Position numbers and translations under genes: made by a program
Source of the DNA: Takakia lepidozioides
Taxonomy: Eukaryota; Plantae; Bryophyta
DNA: 64,000 nt
Direction of reading: 5' to 3'
Assembly: GCA_030704615.1 (NCBI GenBank)
Contig: CM060732.1
Coordinates: forward strand, 77,500,001 to 77,564,000
Shown: piece after piece, positions 15,001 to 30,000 of the stretch
Layout: every line of letters starts with the position of its first letter
Numbering within the stretch: the stretch's first letter is position 1
Notes under the pieces: generated by a model
Database searches by the model: none
What the model saw: the letters and a program-made list of their open reading frames with translations, nothing else
What the model was told of the DNA's origin: nothing

Positions 15001-18000
15001 ACAGCTCAGCAGACGACCAAATGAGCTCAAATTCCACTGGTTTCTTGACTCGTGCCAAGCCCGTGTTGAGTGCAATCACACCCTTTGAGGGAGGTTCATC
15101 CCTGCGTAAAATCCAATAGAAGAGAACTAATTTTCATGACAGTGGTGGAACATACACAGCACAATAGCACAGCCCAAAACCTACTTGAACTGTTAATAGG
15201 AGAAAAAGTTCAGGGAGGATTGAAGTACATGTCCTGGGGTGAACAGGAGATTCTACATATCATAAGGATAATTCCTCCCAAAACGGGATGAGACAGGTTG
15301 ATTAGACAGGATGTATGGAGAATACATGAAACAGTAAGTTCATAGACATCAGGAGTAACCGCATCATACCCCTTGTCTATCATGTCTTCTACATCCATTG
15401 CCAGGGGTTTGGGCCGTTTCAAATTAAATTGTACAGTCTACGGATCAAAAGATGATACCTCAAGACAAAAGAAAACACGTCCTTACAACACAAGTGCTTA
15501 CCTGCTTACCTGCATGAGCACCTCTATCTCTGAGGCAGTTTTAGGCAGGAGTTTACCCAGTTCAGATCAAAGTTTTCCATCTTACTGTGGTGAGAAATGC
15601 AAATGAGGCTTACAGAGGTGAGAAACAATCTCCCAGCACTGCAAATCCTGGAGGTGGTTTAGGTCGCCAAAAAGCAATGTGGGGACCACCTGACTTCACC
15701 TCATGTCCTGCATCATGTATGAGAATCTTGGGTCAGCCCCAGGTTTGTCTTTCTGGAAATGAACTGAAATGTCTTCCCGGAAAGCAATCTTTTGCAATTA
15801 CATTATTTTCCGGCTACTTCCAAACAGAAATGTTTTTACAAACAAGTTTCTTTTCCAATATGTTTGTGGAAATTCTGCATGGCTGCTCACAGAGTATGAT
15901 CATAACTACAGTTAATTGGGACTGGCATCCAACATCAAGAGGTACTCCTGTTGTATTTGTAATTTCCCTCTGCTAGTTGATGGATCCCCAGACGACAGAG
16001 CCTTCATTTATAGCAGTATTTCATTATACAGCTGTGCATCTCAGGCTTGATGTAAGGTTGGATTGGAGGTCTTACCATCATCAGCCCAGATCCTGTCAAA
16101 CTCAAAGCACTCCACTGTAATTTGTTCAGATGTGATACTCATCAAAGACATGACCTCGTCCTGTAGCCGCAGCATCAGCTGGAGGATGCTGAAAGAAAAA
16201 TTGGTGTAAATTTCTGTCATACCTACATGAATATTTTGTTTTCCCAACACCTTTGAGTATTTCATTGTTGCATCGAAGGGTTCCACAACACTGATTCCAC
16301 TGCTGGATTCCACAGTGAGGCCGTTCAAATTTGCATTCAGCTCCATGTCATCTCCCTTCATGCGTAGTCTGCAATTCACCATAATTCCCCAATCCTTCAA
16401 AATGTATCTCTCAGCCATGAACATGATACAAATAAAAATAAAATTATATGTATTTGTGTCCCACAAACTAAACTTCAGCCAAAAGTTTCCTAGTAGAGCA
16501 ACAAAAAAAACCAGATGAAAGAAACATTTCCTGCAGACAAGGTGCCTAGTGCATTGGTGGTACTTCCATTACAGAGACAGGCTTTGAAACCTATCAATAA
16601 AACTTGAGTTTTCTACCTGCAGAAGGCATTCATCCTTGCACGAAGACCTCTCTCAGGACGAAGAAGCGCTTCAGAGTGGCGGTTGAGACTGTCATAGAAA
16701 GTAAGCTCGGGACCAACAGCCTGCAACAAATTGTGTGACAGACAGTTGAAGCAGATGCTCACTTATGAAGCTTCGACAGGACTTAGCCAAGCACCTTGCT
16801 ATTTTCCAGTAACCAGAGAGAACTCAAATTCAGAGTTGTTGATGAGGACACCTCACCAATTCAGTCCTGGTTACATGCCACTGTGCTGCTACATAGGTAA
16901 CCCCAAGCAAGCCAGCATATGCTCTCAACTTCCTTCACACCCATTCCTAAATCAAACTTAAGGAAGGCATACCCTCCGCCGGGGAGAATACCCTGTACAT
17001 AGATTTTCCCCTAGCAAGCCAGCATATCCTCTCAACTCATTCCTTCACATCCGTTCCTAACTCAAAATTAAAGGATTACCCTCGGCTGAGGGAATACGCT
17101 AGCTCATTAGGGGAAGTGACTTTTATGCTGGCTTCGGCCAGAGTTGTCTCTCTCTCGTGGGTTGCGTGTGGTAACATACCATTTCCATTTCATTTCTCTC
17201 AAAAGAACGAATAAATCACTGCCCAATTTAAGGAACTACACTAAGTTGGAAACAAATTTACAGAAATGAAATGAAATGGTGCTTTATAACGTCCATGGAA
17301 AGCTCATAGAGCTTATGGGACAAAATGGAAGAAAACATGAGAGAGGAAACACAAAAAACACAGAGAAAAGAAATCAATGTGAGACCTAGTAAACTCTGAA
17401 CTCACATTTGAGAGTTAGCCAAAGATGAAACAAGACACCCACATCCAAGATAAGGAAGAGCTTTCAACGATGAAATAGAACGCCCCAGGACAAAACTTCA
17501 AGGAAAACACATGGAGCAAGAAAGAATGCTGTCTCATAACTTACAAATCAATCCAAGAGTGCGATGCAAATCAATTATATCCTGTATAACACCGACCAGA
17601 GGCTATTACTCCCCACTGACTTCATCAGTTCCCTCCAAAAACACAGAAATCACATTACCCTGTAAGAAGTGCCTGCTGTTTGCTGTAGTGGGAGTAGAAC
17701 CTAACCGACAAGGAGGAAATTACTCTACGTTTCCCAAAATTAAGAGCTCAGGGTCAAAGACATACCCAGGAGAAAAACTTCATTTTCCCAGGATGAAAGA
17801 AGTTCGGGTGTCCATTCCTTACTACTGAGGCCAGACTTAAATTGGAAGAGCTCCTGCCAACTTACTCGTTGGTACACAGACTCTTTCACAACCCACCGGT
17901 CTAACTCCCAAACTGTCTTTGCGCACTCTTGCTCTGTACTCTATCCAAGGAATATATACAGGGTTAAAATTCACCTGTAAGTCGAACATAAGTTCATTCA

Positions 18001-21000
18001 GAGGTTTTTCCTCAGCTTGTTGGCCGCATTTCTCCGCACCACCAAATGTTGAATCCTTGATGGAGTTTCCATCTTCTGTATTTTTAGTGGGAGTTTCCAT
18101 GACCACGCCCTCATCCTCTGAAGCTGAGTAGCTGCTGTTGCTTCCCAGAGATACGCATGAATCAAGGTAGTCTCCATTCTACCCAAAACAGATAAACATG
18201 CTTACTCTGGGGTCAGGAAACCTCTATTGATGTTGTCCATACCACTCTGTACAACTCTGAGAGGAAATGAAATGAAACCTCATAAAGTCCCCGCAGAAAG
18301 CTCAAAGAGCTTATGGGACGAGAAAGCATGAAACAAGAAAGAGAAATGAAATGAAATGAAATGGTTCTTTATAACGTCCGCAGAGAGAGGGGATCCTCTA
18401 CAAGCAGCCAAAGACAACCATTGTTCAACTTTAAAGTCTGTAAACAGAGTCTAGAAGAATACATAACAGTAGAACAGCCAGGTACTACCAACTACCCCCA
18501 GCTCAAACAGCATCCAAGTGGAGGACGAATTGGATTTCATGAGACTCACATACACAAACAATCAGGCATGCTAGATTATGAACTCTTTTACAATCAGATA
18601 ATTGAATAGACTACTAGAGGTACCTGAATAACCACGTTTTGAAAAGTTAATGTCTTTCCATCACCAACAAATATTATTGCCTCTGGGAAGAAGTCTGAGA
18701 GGTCTGTGCCTTTCCGATTCAACAAACGGAGGTGATTTCCTTGCCCATCATAGACATAGTCATTGACACCCTCACTGTCAGCAACCAGGGGTTGTTTTGG
18801 TGAAATTGTGACCTCCTTCTTACTTTGCTTGTGCATCATTTCATTAAGAAAGATGCCATTCTTCATATCCAATGGATTTTCCTCAGCCTGTCCATCTGAC
18901 AGCATCCCATGCATGGAAGGGATAAAAAATTCAGCCACTGCCAACAAAAAATCAAAAGCCACCAAGAGACGGGGTCGCTGAATACGTAGGGACACTATCT
19001 GTTGAGTAGGGCTAATCCTTGCGTCCATAACCAGCATTGTGAGAGCCGACCTGCACCAGCAAAATCGTTCAACAACACAACAGTGCATTAATATCTTATT
19101 CTTCGCATTGGAAAATTTCTTCACATCCTACCCACCTTCATTATGCGATGAGGCACTCAGTCCCACTTTTTGACTTGGTGATAATCTCTTCCACCTGTAG
19201 AAGAACAAGACAGTGCAATTCATAGTGCACTAGTAACAATTCTTGGCTGGTTAACAACTTTAGGCCAGGTACAGAGGACCAAACACCTTCGGATGGGTTT
19301 GGGAGTGACCTGCACAGCTCCAAATGCCAATTGATGCCAACCCAAATACAGTGGAGTTCGAAAAGGTGGGTGGATTTTAGCAATTGGATGATGTGTAGAC
19401 AAACCATTTGACCTTAACCTTTGTCTCAAAATTTTCTGTAGCTTCAGCTAAAGGCATGCTTTCACCCTCAGTCATGAGTAGATAACTAAGAAGTATGGCT
19501 TGGAGAGATGTACACCATTACAGAGTTGAAGTTTAACTGACCTGCATCCAGGCTTACTGGAAGAAGGTGCATCCAGTGCGCTTGATTCTGTCTTTGGTTC
19601 GATGTGATTTTGCACCTGGTCAGAATTCCCCTCCCAACAGTTTGGCTCTTGGTTCTCAGCAATACCAATCATGTATCGCATCTCTGCCTCAGTCCCTTCA
19701 CGGTCATCTTTCACACTAATCGTCTCCAATGTTGCCATCACAATTGATTCGTCCACTGAGTTCACTTTGTAGGCTGCCCACACTCCACGCACCTGCAACC
19801 TCCACCTTTTCATATTTTCCAGTATAGACTTGCAACGGGAAGCACATGATGAATGAAGTAACAGACTGGCTCCCAAGTTTCGATACCCTGGTTGTACCAC
19901 AATGGAACTAATAAGTCAACTGCTTTCATGGCTACTGTACCTCTCATGTGTGCAACACAGTTCATACCTGTACAGTGGCAAGATTTGAATCCCTTGTTCC
20001 CCCATTGAACAAGCCAAGCTCAACCAGATCAATACCAACTCCAACTTTGATTGTAGTAAAAGGGTCTGCAGGTCCTGGAGATGAAGTGCCCATGTTTTCT
20101 GGAGGGTTTTCATTTTCCTCATCACCATCCTCTTGAGTGACGTCAGAGTTGTTGCCTTCAAGTGCTGGCTTGTTTTCAACCTGCTCAGCCGTCTCCTCTT
20201 GATTCTGATCTTCTTGCTTGCTCTCAAACAAGGAAGGTGGCAGATTAGGAGTCTCTGCTATATTGCTAGTTGCGCATTCGGTAATCACTTCATACTCCTT
20301 ATCTGACAGGGCAGCTCTGAGCTCTTCAATCTGCAACCAAATTACTAGCAATGAGAACCCAAAGAGATCTATAAATCTCCTAACAGTGGAACACATCTAA
20401 AGAACTTGTGGCGTCAACATTATAGTTGACTTAGGCCTGCTTGATTAGTTCTCTAGAAAACGGGGTTGATGCTTGTATAAGGGATTTCTAGAGGATATCT
20501 GGGAAACCTGGATCAATTGTTTATTCCTAGGTGAGTCTTACTACCGGTGTCACCCCCTGACAAAGGTAGGTTCTGTCCCTTTGTGTTCCGCTCAAACTGG
20601 GCGTGGGGTCAATGGCCACAAGGCTACGGCAAACAACGTCTTATGAGTACATTCTCTAGAAAACGGGAATGATTGTTATCGAGGCCAAATATCATGAAGA
20701 GGAGAGCAGATACTCCCATCCATTTAAGTGCAGCCAAAGGCACCACAACAAAATTTCAGCAAAGGTTAAGTAAAGAAATACTTCCTTAAGTGAAAAAAAG
20801 GAAAGAAGGCAGGAGCTTTATGAAGTCTAAAAAACCCGAGGAGCTTCTGGCACAAGAGCCCATAATAACCAAAGAGACAGACAAGTGCCACCAATGGATG
20901 CTTAACGCACCTTCACCGAAGCCTCAATGCCTGGAACCTGATGCAAAAGGTCGCGCAGGGGCCGTTTTACTTCAAGAGAAAATCCATTTGCTCGCTGAAT

Positions 21001-24000
21001 GATTTCCTCCCCAGTGTTGCCATGAACACCGACAACCAAAGACACATCCTCAATCTACACAAGGACAACCAAAAGCAGCTTTGTGTAGCAAGGAAAACTT
21101 TAAAATGTCCATTGAAGTCCATGGGGGAAAGCCTTATCAGAACATGGCGAGTTGGCCATTAGTTTTTAGTACCAAGTATTATTGTTGCATTTTGCCGGTT
21201 CCTCAACGTCCTGGGCGGCCCAACTTGTCGGCACCAGAGGTGCTTTTCCATAGACCAATACGAACATCAACTTTCAATCATATCCAAGATAATTGCAGCG
21301 GGGGACAGGAAGCCATCTACAAGCTACAACTCCGAGGCCTCTACATGTGAACAGGATTTCTGCATAAAAGAATAGTGCCAATATGGTACCCAAGGCTTGC
21401 AATTGACCGACATCGCCACTGCTGTAAATCGATCCTAGAACCAAAAAAACCAGCCCACAAGCAACTACTGCTCAAGGGATTGTCTAAGGGTGAAGGCCTT
21501 GTGCAGGTAAGCTGCGAAGCATTTCTGATCCTCATAGTGGAAAACTTCAGTGAGAGATGGAGTTCCACGGAATAGATAGGGAGTCTCCCATGGATCTCAT
21601 ATAGAGGGCAACAGAAATGTTCTTAGTTTCAATTTCCTGGTTGTGCCCGGTGCAAGCAGGGCAAAGGCGGTCCTCCATTGCAGGTTTTGCCATCTACCAG
21701 TCTCTATCCGTAGATTGTGGGAGCCCACCCTGAACCGCCCCAAAGCCCTCAGGGGGGAAAGAGATAAAGGTGCTGAAAGGTAATTGGGCTGCAAGATTCT
21801 ATCATCACGGAGAACCAAGAATGTCTCTCGATAGAAATGGAGTTTTGTTGCGAGATTGGGTAGCTTCCAAGTTCTCCTGACACGTAGTTCCATACGTTCC
21901 CCTCTTCTGAGTTTGTTGCGATTCTGTTTGGATGTGATTTCCACCCCTTATGAATTTTGTGGCAGTAGCGAAGCAATAGAGAGTCCATTGCGCTCAAAAA
22001 AACTGCACACTCGAGCATACCAGGAGTGCTTGAAACCTGCTAATAGATGTTGCGAGGGCTTTTGCCACAAAATCAAAATTGCATGAAGAAAGAAACTGGA
22101 TTGTATGGTAGGGAAAACCAAGCTTCAAGACCAAATCTAAGTGATGAAGGTGGCAGGTAATAATTAAGAGTAACTGGATAGGTAATAGTAATAGTGACCG
22201 TTTCTTAATGCAACTTTACTGGATTCCTGTCCAGCACATGTACTTGTGTCCTTGTCCACTCAGCTGTCTTTCCCTTCAAGAAAGATGATCTAGTACCTAC
22301 GAGGCACACTACCAAGCATAATATCTTACCTCCAGTTTGATTGTTTCCAAGCGCACAGCCCCAAGCTCATCCTTATCACCCCCAAACCAGTCCGAACTGC
22401 TCCTTACATTGATATGCAGAATGTCTAATTCCAGAAAACTGTCCACACACACCAGGTCAGATAATGCCAGGAGTAGTTAGGGTCTAAGATGTATAGTTAC
22501 AGAATGTCTACTCCTCTTGCAAAAGATCACCATCAGACTGCGTCCTATCCTGCGGACTTCCGGCAGGGCAACACAGGAGCCTCTAGCAACCAATGACCAG
22601 AACAGACGTACGTATTCTCAGGTCTCGGCAGCTTACTCAGTGCTGTGGGTTTCACGTGGCATGATGATGATAGGTTTTGTGAGTGCCAGATCCAGCTTGA
22701 GTGATGGTGACCCATCAATTTCAGATTGTGTGTAAAACTTCTCATAATTGGTCACTTTGTCCTTCAGCTTTACCATATAGCCAGAATTTTGTGGAACAAG
22801 GCCCATGAAATAAGAAGATATCTGCAAAGCAATGTCCCTACTATCAGTCCAGCAACTTTCAAAATTGCCAATTGTTGTACATCCACAAAACAAACAAGTA
22901 TATCATGATTTTGTTTGTAAACTGAGGTATCAACAACAAAAGTTACATATGTATTTGTTTCTCTGTGTCAGCACTTAGATATCAGGTGGTGCATCATATT
23001 GCAAATTAGAGTGCAAGCTACAAGCACAAGCTGGTGCTGGTACCCACCTCCTGAATGAAACGGTAGAGAAAAACGAGCCGCACTTCAGATAGTTTGCCAC
23101 TGAGGCTATACTCATAACCCTCATAATCAACATCATCAACACTGAATGACAGGAACTCCAACTGCCAGGACAAGGACATGGGCTTTCCATCAGCGCGTGC
23201 AGAAATACAAATCACATAACTACTCTTAAGCCATGATACTTCCTTGTAAAGTAGACCTTCCTGTGAATATCATAGACTTTATGAGTATGCTCGTGTCCAA
23301 CTAAAGGAACACCATGGACTCTCTGTTACTCCCTACTGCCACAAAATCCGGAGGGGGTGGAAATTTTGTCCAAGCAGGACTGCAAGAGATGCATCAGATA
23401 GGAGCTTATGCAACTTCCATCAGGAAAACCTGCAAATCAGCCAGCAAAACTACAGTTCTATCGGGAGACATTCTTGGTCCTCCGGGACGATAGAATCTTG
23501 CAGTCCAATTACTTGTCTGCAACTCTATCTCCTGCATTGGGTAGGTTTAGGGCAGGCTCCCTGTCTGCAGATAGACTGGTAGGTCAGGCAACCCGCAATG
23601 TGAGGACCGCCTGTGCCCTGCTTGCACCGGGAAAACAGGAGGGAAAAACTGAAGAACATTTCTTCTTTCACTGTCCTTTCAACTATGAGATCCATGAGAC
23701 AATCAACTGTCTATTCCATGGTACCAAATCTGTCGCGGAGGTCTTTCACCACAAAATCGTAAATTCTTGGCAGCTTACCTGCATGAGGCTTTGACTCTTA
23801 GACAATCCCTTGAGCAATAGCTGCTTTTGGGCTGCTTGTGGAGGGCCCCTCTCTCTGTCCCATAAGCTCTACGAGCTTTCCGCGGACGTTATAAAGCACC
23901 ATTTCATTTCATTTCATTTCTGTCCCATAAGCTCTATGAGCTTTCCGCGGACGTTATAAAGTACCATTTCGTTTCATAATATTTCTTTCTTGTTGCTTTT

Positions 24001-27000
24001 GGGCTGCTTTTTGGCTCCGGTTATGTCTCTCTTCTGTGTTCTTTGTGTCCCCAGACATTTAGTTATTATGTTGGTGCAGGTAGATACCTCGATGAATGAT
24101 GAGCCCCCCGGATTCCGCATGTCGCATATGTAGTGATATAGGTGGTGTTGCTCATGTATGCCATCATCACTCATGTGAAGATTCCCCAAAGCTGCTTTTA
24201 TGCCCCATGATGCTGGAAAAATCTGCAAGGAACAGCAAAAATTTATTTCAAAGATCCCTCACAGTGGCAACAAACCCCTCTCAACAGGATAGCAGCAACC
24301 CAGGCTACCTGATTGGCATCTCTCTGGGGCTCCTAGGCAATGGCAACTATGCCTGACTGCTCCCGAAGCAGCTGTGGAGGTAAGCATGACATCCTACACA
24401 CTCATTTTACGAAGTTCATTGTCAATTAGCTTCTATAGTGGAAACAATCCCCAAGCCACTGGGAGTTCATCCTTTATCCAACATGCGCTTCAATTCCCGT
24501 CTTGCTTTACTTGTCAATCCCAGTGGCTAATATTCAATTGGAAAGCGACTAAGACAAACAGTAACTGCATAGCATGGGAATTCAATTTCTCCTAGAACTG
24601 CAGTCCCATCAAGTCACTTGTTTCCTTGCAGATATCAATGCTGCAACATGAACCCCTGTGAGTGAAACTTGAAGGCAAAAAAGGAAAACCAGGTTTTCAT
24701 GATACCTTCACTTCAGTGTGCAAATCATTTTGAGAAAGAGTTGCCAGTTGAGCTCCATCCTCCATGTTGAGAACAATCTCAGCCAGGTCCATGTCCAATA
24801 CCACCAGAAAAATAACACGGTCTTTGCCTTTCCCCAACAAGCTTTTCACTACAGAGTTCTTGCGCTCAAGAGAAACTACTGTATTACCATGTTCATCCAC
24901 ATTCTCAATGACTGTTGGATCGATAGTGGTAACAACCACATCAGATTCAGCTGATGGAGGGGCAGCATTCTTGTCGGGAGGTTCTACTTCAGCATTGATG
25001 GCCGTCACAATATCCATGAGGGCAATAAGGGTTGGACGGTTGCAGTAGAACGAGAGCGTTGACAATGCCACCCTTACCTGTTGACATTGATCATACATGA
25101 TATTCAACCTCGTCGAAATGTATGATCAAACTAGATTCTGGCTTTCATAACCAGGAAGTGAAGTGCATGTATACCGATTAACTAAGCAACACAGTAGATC
25201 AGGTACACAGTGAGTACAAGCGGATGCCCAGGGACTATAATTCACACAAGCTTGGAAAAGACATTCATTTTTATTTTATCACTTCTAGGTGGCAGACACA
25301 CCCACTCAATCAGTCGAGTGCAAGGGTACTCTGCAGCATGCAACTTTACATATGTTTGCTTATTGAAGTGAACATTAGTCTTCTCAATCTCCAGACACAC
25401 AAAGCTGAAATTAACAAAATGAAAATGGATGAAAACACTTATACTCAAATTTGAATGGCCACAAGGAATATCATGCACAGTCATACCTCCTTGTCAACGT
25501 TGGCATACTCTGGTGATTCTTGAGAAGAAAAGATGATTTGGGCTTTCACAAAATTCTTCAAGTCCTCAATATGTGTCACGTCATCACCACCATTTTTGGC
25601 GGATATGGACCCTGGCAGGAGTCCAACTTCACGCCTGAAATTTGGGGGCTCTCCCTCCTCACTTTTACCCTCTTCCGCCTCAAAGACCTTTGAAGCCTCA
25701 GGGCCATTCCTATGTTGGAAGGGAGATGGGGAGCCCTCCTCATTTTTGTTGCTCTCTTCAGATGCATCAGAGTAGTCATATTTGGAGTCCTCCCCCTCAC
25801 TCTGAGACAGGTTGTTATTGTGTCCATGATTTCTAGAGTGTTTTATGTAGGAGCGAGCCAAGTATCGGCATGAGCGAGACACATGACCATGGAGTTTATC
25901 CTTTATCTTCAAAGACTGCAAAACAACTCCAACAGACAGATCGTACTTCCTCATAACAAACTCCACCTGCAATCAAGGTGATATGATTGTCAAGAACTGA
26001 TGGCTGTATGAAACCCTTCTGATGATACTGTGTGTATGTGTGCTCCGTATTAATATGGCTTTCCTTAGGGAAAAGTCACTCTGGAGATAACTCAAAGCGT
26101 GCAGTTCCAATAGCTGTCAATAGTTGTGAGGCAAGCAACATGACACGGGAGCACTGTCTGTTTCCACATAACACCTCAAGCTACCAGGTATTAGAGTGCA
26201 AATGTCACATCATAGTGAATCACTGGTTCAACTAGTGGTGACACATGAGCGAACATAATGTGCTTCTTCAGCAACATTTTCATCTTGTTGGGTTGCCTGC
26301 ATCTGATGAAGTAACTTTCACAAAATTTCTCATATCTGCAAGTGATTTAGAGATATGGTTCTTGTAACTTAGAAATGGAAAGAGTTGATAGCTTTTCCCA
26401 GATTTACCTTACTACCAATTGCACGGAACTCCAAAATAGGCTTTTCAGGCTCCAACAGTAGCCTACTCGACGTATGGTCAACCTACACATTCAGATAAGA
26501 TATGGAAATGAGTAGCAGGTGCTGATGTACTGCATAAAAAGGATCCAACCCCACCACAAAATGAAACATAAACATAGGATCCATTCTCTACTTTTGAAAC
26601 AAAAGATAAGCAAACTTAGTTCCATTCCATCCTTGATGTGTACGCCCTCAACGGCAAGCAGCTATTAACCTTAATAGGTACCAACAGACATATTCCTACT
26701 AGCTGGTGACTTCAATCTGACTTTGCTTCGTGTAAGGCCGACAGCACATGAGGAAAAGATGCCAAACACTTGACTCTGCTGTGGAGATGTGAGGGTTTCG
26801 TGGTTCCCCATTTCCTTCCATGGTAAATTATTTTGCTTGCAGTAGCCTTGTGGACATAATCTAGGCACCCAGTTCACACAAAGAGTAGATCAGGGTCAAA
26901 CAGTATCTCACATTCAGGCTGTTGCTCACAACAAGTTTGAGCTCATCCAGCACCCCTGTTAAGAAGAAGCTCTCCTGCTCTGTCGGATTCATCTTCTCAT

Positions 27001-30000
27001 TTCCTTCTGCCGCTTCAATTACCGCATCCTTAGCATTTCTGTCCACCTTCTTATCAGCTCCTATCATCCCAGTGATGGCAGCAGGCGCCTGGATCATAAA
27101 CTCCAACAAAATAGTCTATCAATAAGCAATGGAACATATATGTCCACCAAACTGTTTAGAGGGTGGCTAGCTAATTCCACACCTATCCTTATTTCACTGG
27201 GTCTGGTCGAAACATCTACCTCTTGTCACTGTACTGCATGGCAGCTTTTCAAATAAAGAAAGTGGGTCAAGAGTCCACCTGACAAACATCCTGCTAGAAT
27301 AGTCTATGTAAAACTCTATGCATTCAACAGTTTGACAGGCTAACCAGTGAACAATATGATTTACCCACCGATGCACTTAAGATAGCTCCAGATAGACGCC
27401 CTTGCCAATTATCCCTTGCAGAATCATCTTCAAAACGTAAAAGCAGAGCATTTGCAGACTCTGCCACCTGGCCAGGCAAGCACTAAATTTGCATAAGGCT
27501 CTTTTCAGAAAGACTACTACCGAAGAGAAATTACTCAAAGAACATAGGAAAATTCCATCTTTGGCAGGAACCTACTTAGTCTACCAGGATTTAAGACCTT
27601 ATTTTGGTCTGCTTTGGAAATTGGAAACATAGAGCTTTCTGCGGATTTTCTCCTTTTCTCCTTTTGCGCCACCCCACAACCAAAAACTGGCTATTTGACA
27701 GCGTGGTCAACCCGGCCGCCACTCAGTAGTTGCTTTTGGGCTGTTTTTTTTGGATCTGGTCTTGTTTCCTCTCGTCTTTTCCATTTAGTCCCATAAGCTC
27801 TTTGAGCTTTCCGCGGACGTTATAAAGTACCATTTCATTTCTGTGGACGTTATAAAGTTCCATTTCATTTCATTTCATTCTTATGCTATTGTTGTTATCT
27901 CCTGGGACCTAAATTCCTTCTGGTGGTGCCTGGTTGTTAGGGGCCCCAATTTTCAATTCTAACTTGTTTTCTCTTTCCCTTGTCCCATAAGGTCTTTGAG
28001 CTTCACCTGGATGTTAGATTTCTGTCTCTGTTATAAAGTATCATTTCCTTCCATTCATTTCATTTGCTATGGGACAAATCCACAAGGCTACAGCATCTTT
28101 CAAATCACATCTAGATAACCTAGCCAATCTTGAGGTATCAACAACAAACAAACACTTGCAACCTCCCAAAGTTGGTGATGTTCGGTAGCAATACCTTGTT
28201 ATTGAGTTGACCAGCATCGCATACTGCCAACACATTCTCCACATTGCCAACAGACTCAGGAGGAACGTGAATAGCCTGCTTGCCTAACAAACTACAACAG
28301 GTGAAAGACTTGTGAGAAGACCGTGTGACTAGTAAGGACAATTGCATGCACAAAAAAAAATTCCCTTCAGTTTTTTAAAGTGATTTATGGTATGTTCTGC
28401 ACGGTTCCGGAGCAAAAAAACTTCATATACCACTGGAAGCTCAAAGAGCTTATGTGACAAAAAAATAATGGAACTTTGTAACATCCACGAGGGTCGCAGT
28501 GCCCATGAAAAGCCAAAAGAAAACTAAACATCCCAAAACATATTCATCCAAAGAATAGATAGACAGGAAAAAGGGGTGCAAAGTAGACACCCATGTCAGG
28601 TTACCTGTGACAAACTTTGTAAGACTGCGAGGAAGGGGACTCTAACAGATAAAGGAAGGGGCCCGCCAAAGCACCATATCTAGGCTTCCAGACTGCCTCT
28701 CTGTGTCCAACTCCCTGCACACATATTGACATTCTGACTTTTAGACAATCATTTTGTTGAGGTGAAGTTCTCTGCGCAAGTGCTCTCCATGACTCCAGCA
28801 TGCATTGACACATTCCACAAGGCCTGATTTGTCCTTTACTAATCACTCTCCTTAACCCCAGCTACAAATAGAACATTACTTCACACCTAAATTTATTTTA
28901 CTATTGACGTCGACAGAGGAACATACCCTAATAGATCCCAGTCTGACTTTCAATGCCAATCAACAATATGTATCGTGAACTGGTGATTATAAGTGGTCCA
29001 ATGGTATATGTCTTCCCTAGATGTACATGCAGAGTCTAAGCTCAGACCAGCTTGGCACACAAGTCATGCGCGTGATTATTCTGTACCTGCCATGAGAGGA
29101 CAGACATATTCCCCTCAAAGTCTGCTGGATCCCACGCACGAATGGAAGAGCCTTCACTGTCGTCACCCGAACTGCTCTGGAAAACCTTTGTGACTTGCAT
29201 AAGGCGGTGATATCGTGCGGGTGAAAATTGAAAACCCAGAGATGGTAATCTAATTGCAACTCGAGATGATGGATAGAGAGGATGAGGCACACAAATCTGT
29301 TTCATCCAATCACATTCCATCAGGCAACTCTTCTTCTGAAGACCCTGATCACTGTTAAGATACAAATATGGGAATGCAACATATGCACAAAGTGAAGGGC
29401 AACAGAACTGGTTGTAAGAGAGAGAACCTCCTAACATCCTACTCCTCCTCTGCTTCGTCTTCCAAAATCCAGGGTACTAGGTACTACATGGCTCTGATTT
29501 TAATACCCTCTAATGTACAAATTTACACACTGAAATGGAATGTGATCTAAACTGCTTGAAGGTAGGACTTTGTCATTATCTGATTCACATCTTAAACATC
29601 TGTACCACATTTTATCGGAAAACTGACGAGCAAGAAAGTATAAGAAATTGTGAAAGGAAAACTTCAGAAACAGTAAGATTTGACTTTTACCTGTTGAAAT
29701 GCAACAACCATGCGAGTCTTCTCAAGCACTGGCAGAAACAAATAAGCACCCTCTTTGCCAACATCACCCTCAATTTCGTTGGAGGCACGTCCTTCTCCCC
29801 CATCTTCTTTTTCCTCCCCATCCTCACCAATCACTGAGCTGTATTTCACATTACCGTCAACTTTCTTACTCTGACGTTTGCCTTTCTGATCATCCTCTTT
29901 GACTGTTTTCTCCTTCTCTTCAACTTTGCCATAACCATCTCGCCCCTCTCTACTCTCAAATCGAATTTCCTTATCATTCGCTTTGCCTTTGTCACCCTGA

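Noticed and set aside
5434-28490. CRISPR-like array or MITE from the recurring palindromic AAGCTC..GAGCTT motif
   Set aside because: Copies are dispersed with no regular spacers or TIRs, and at 23.4-24.0 kb the motif is the 3' end of a LINE ORF.
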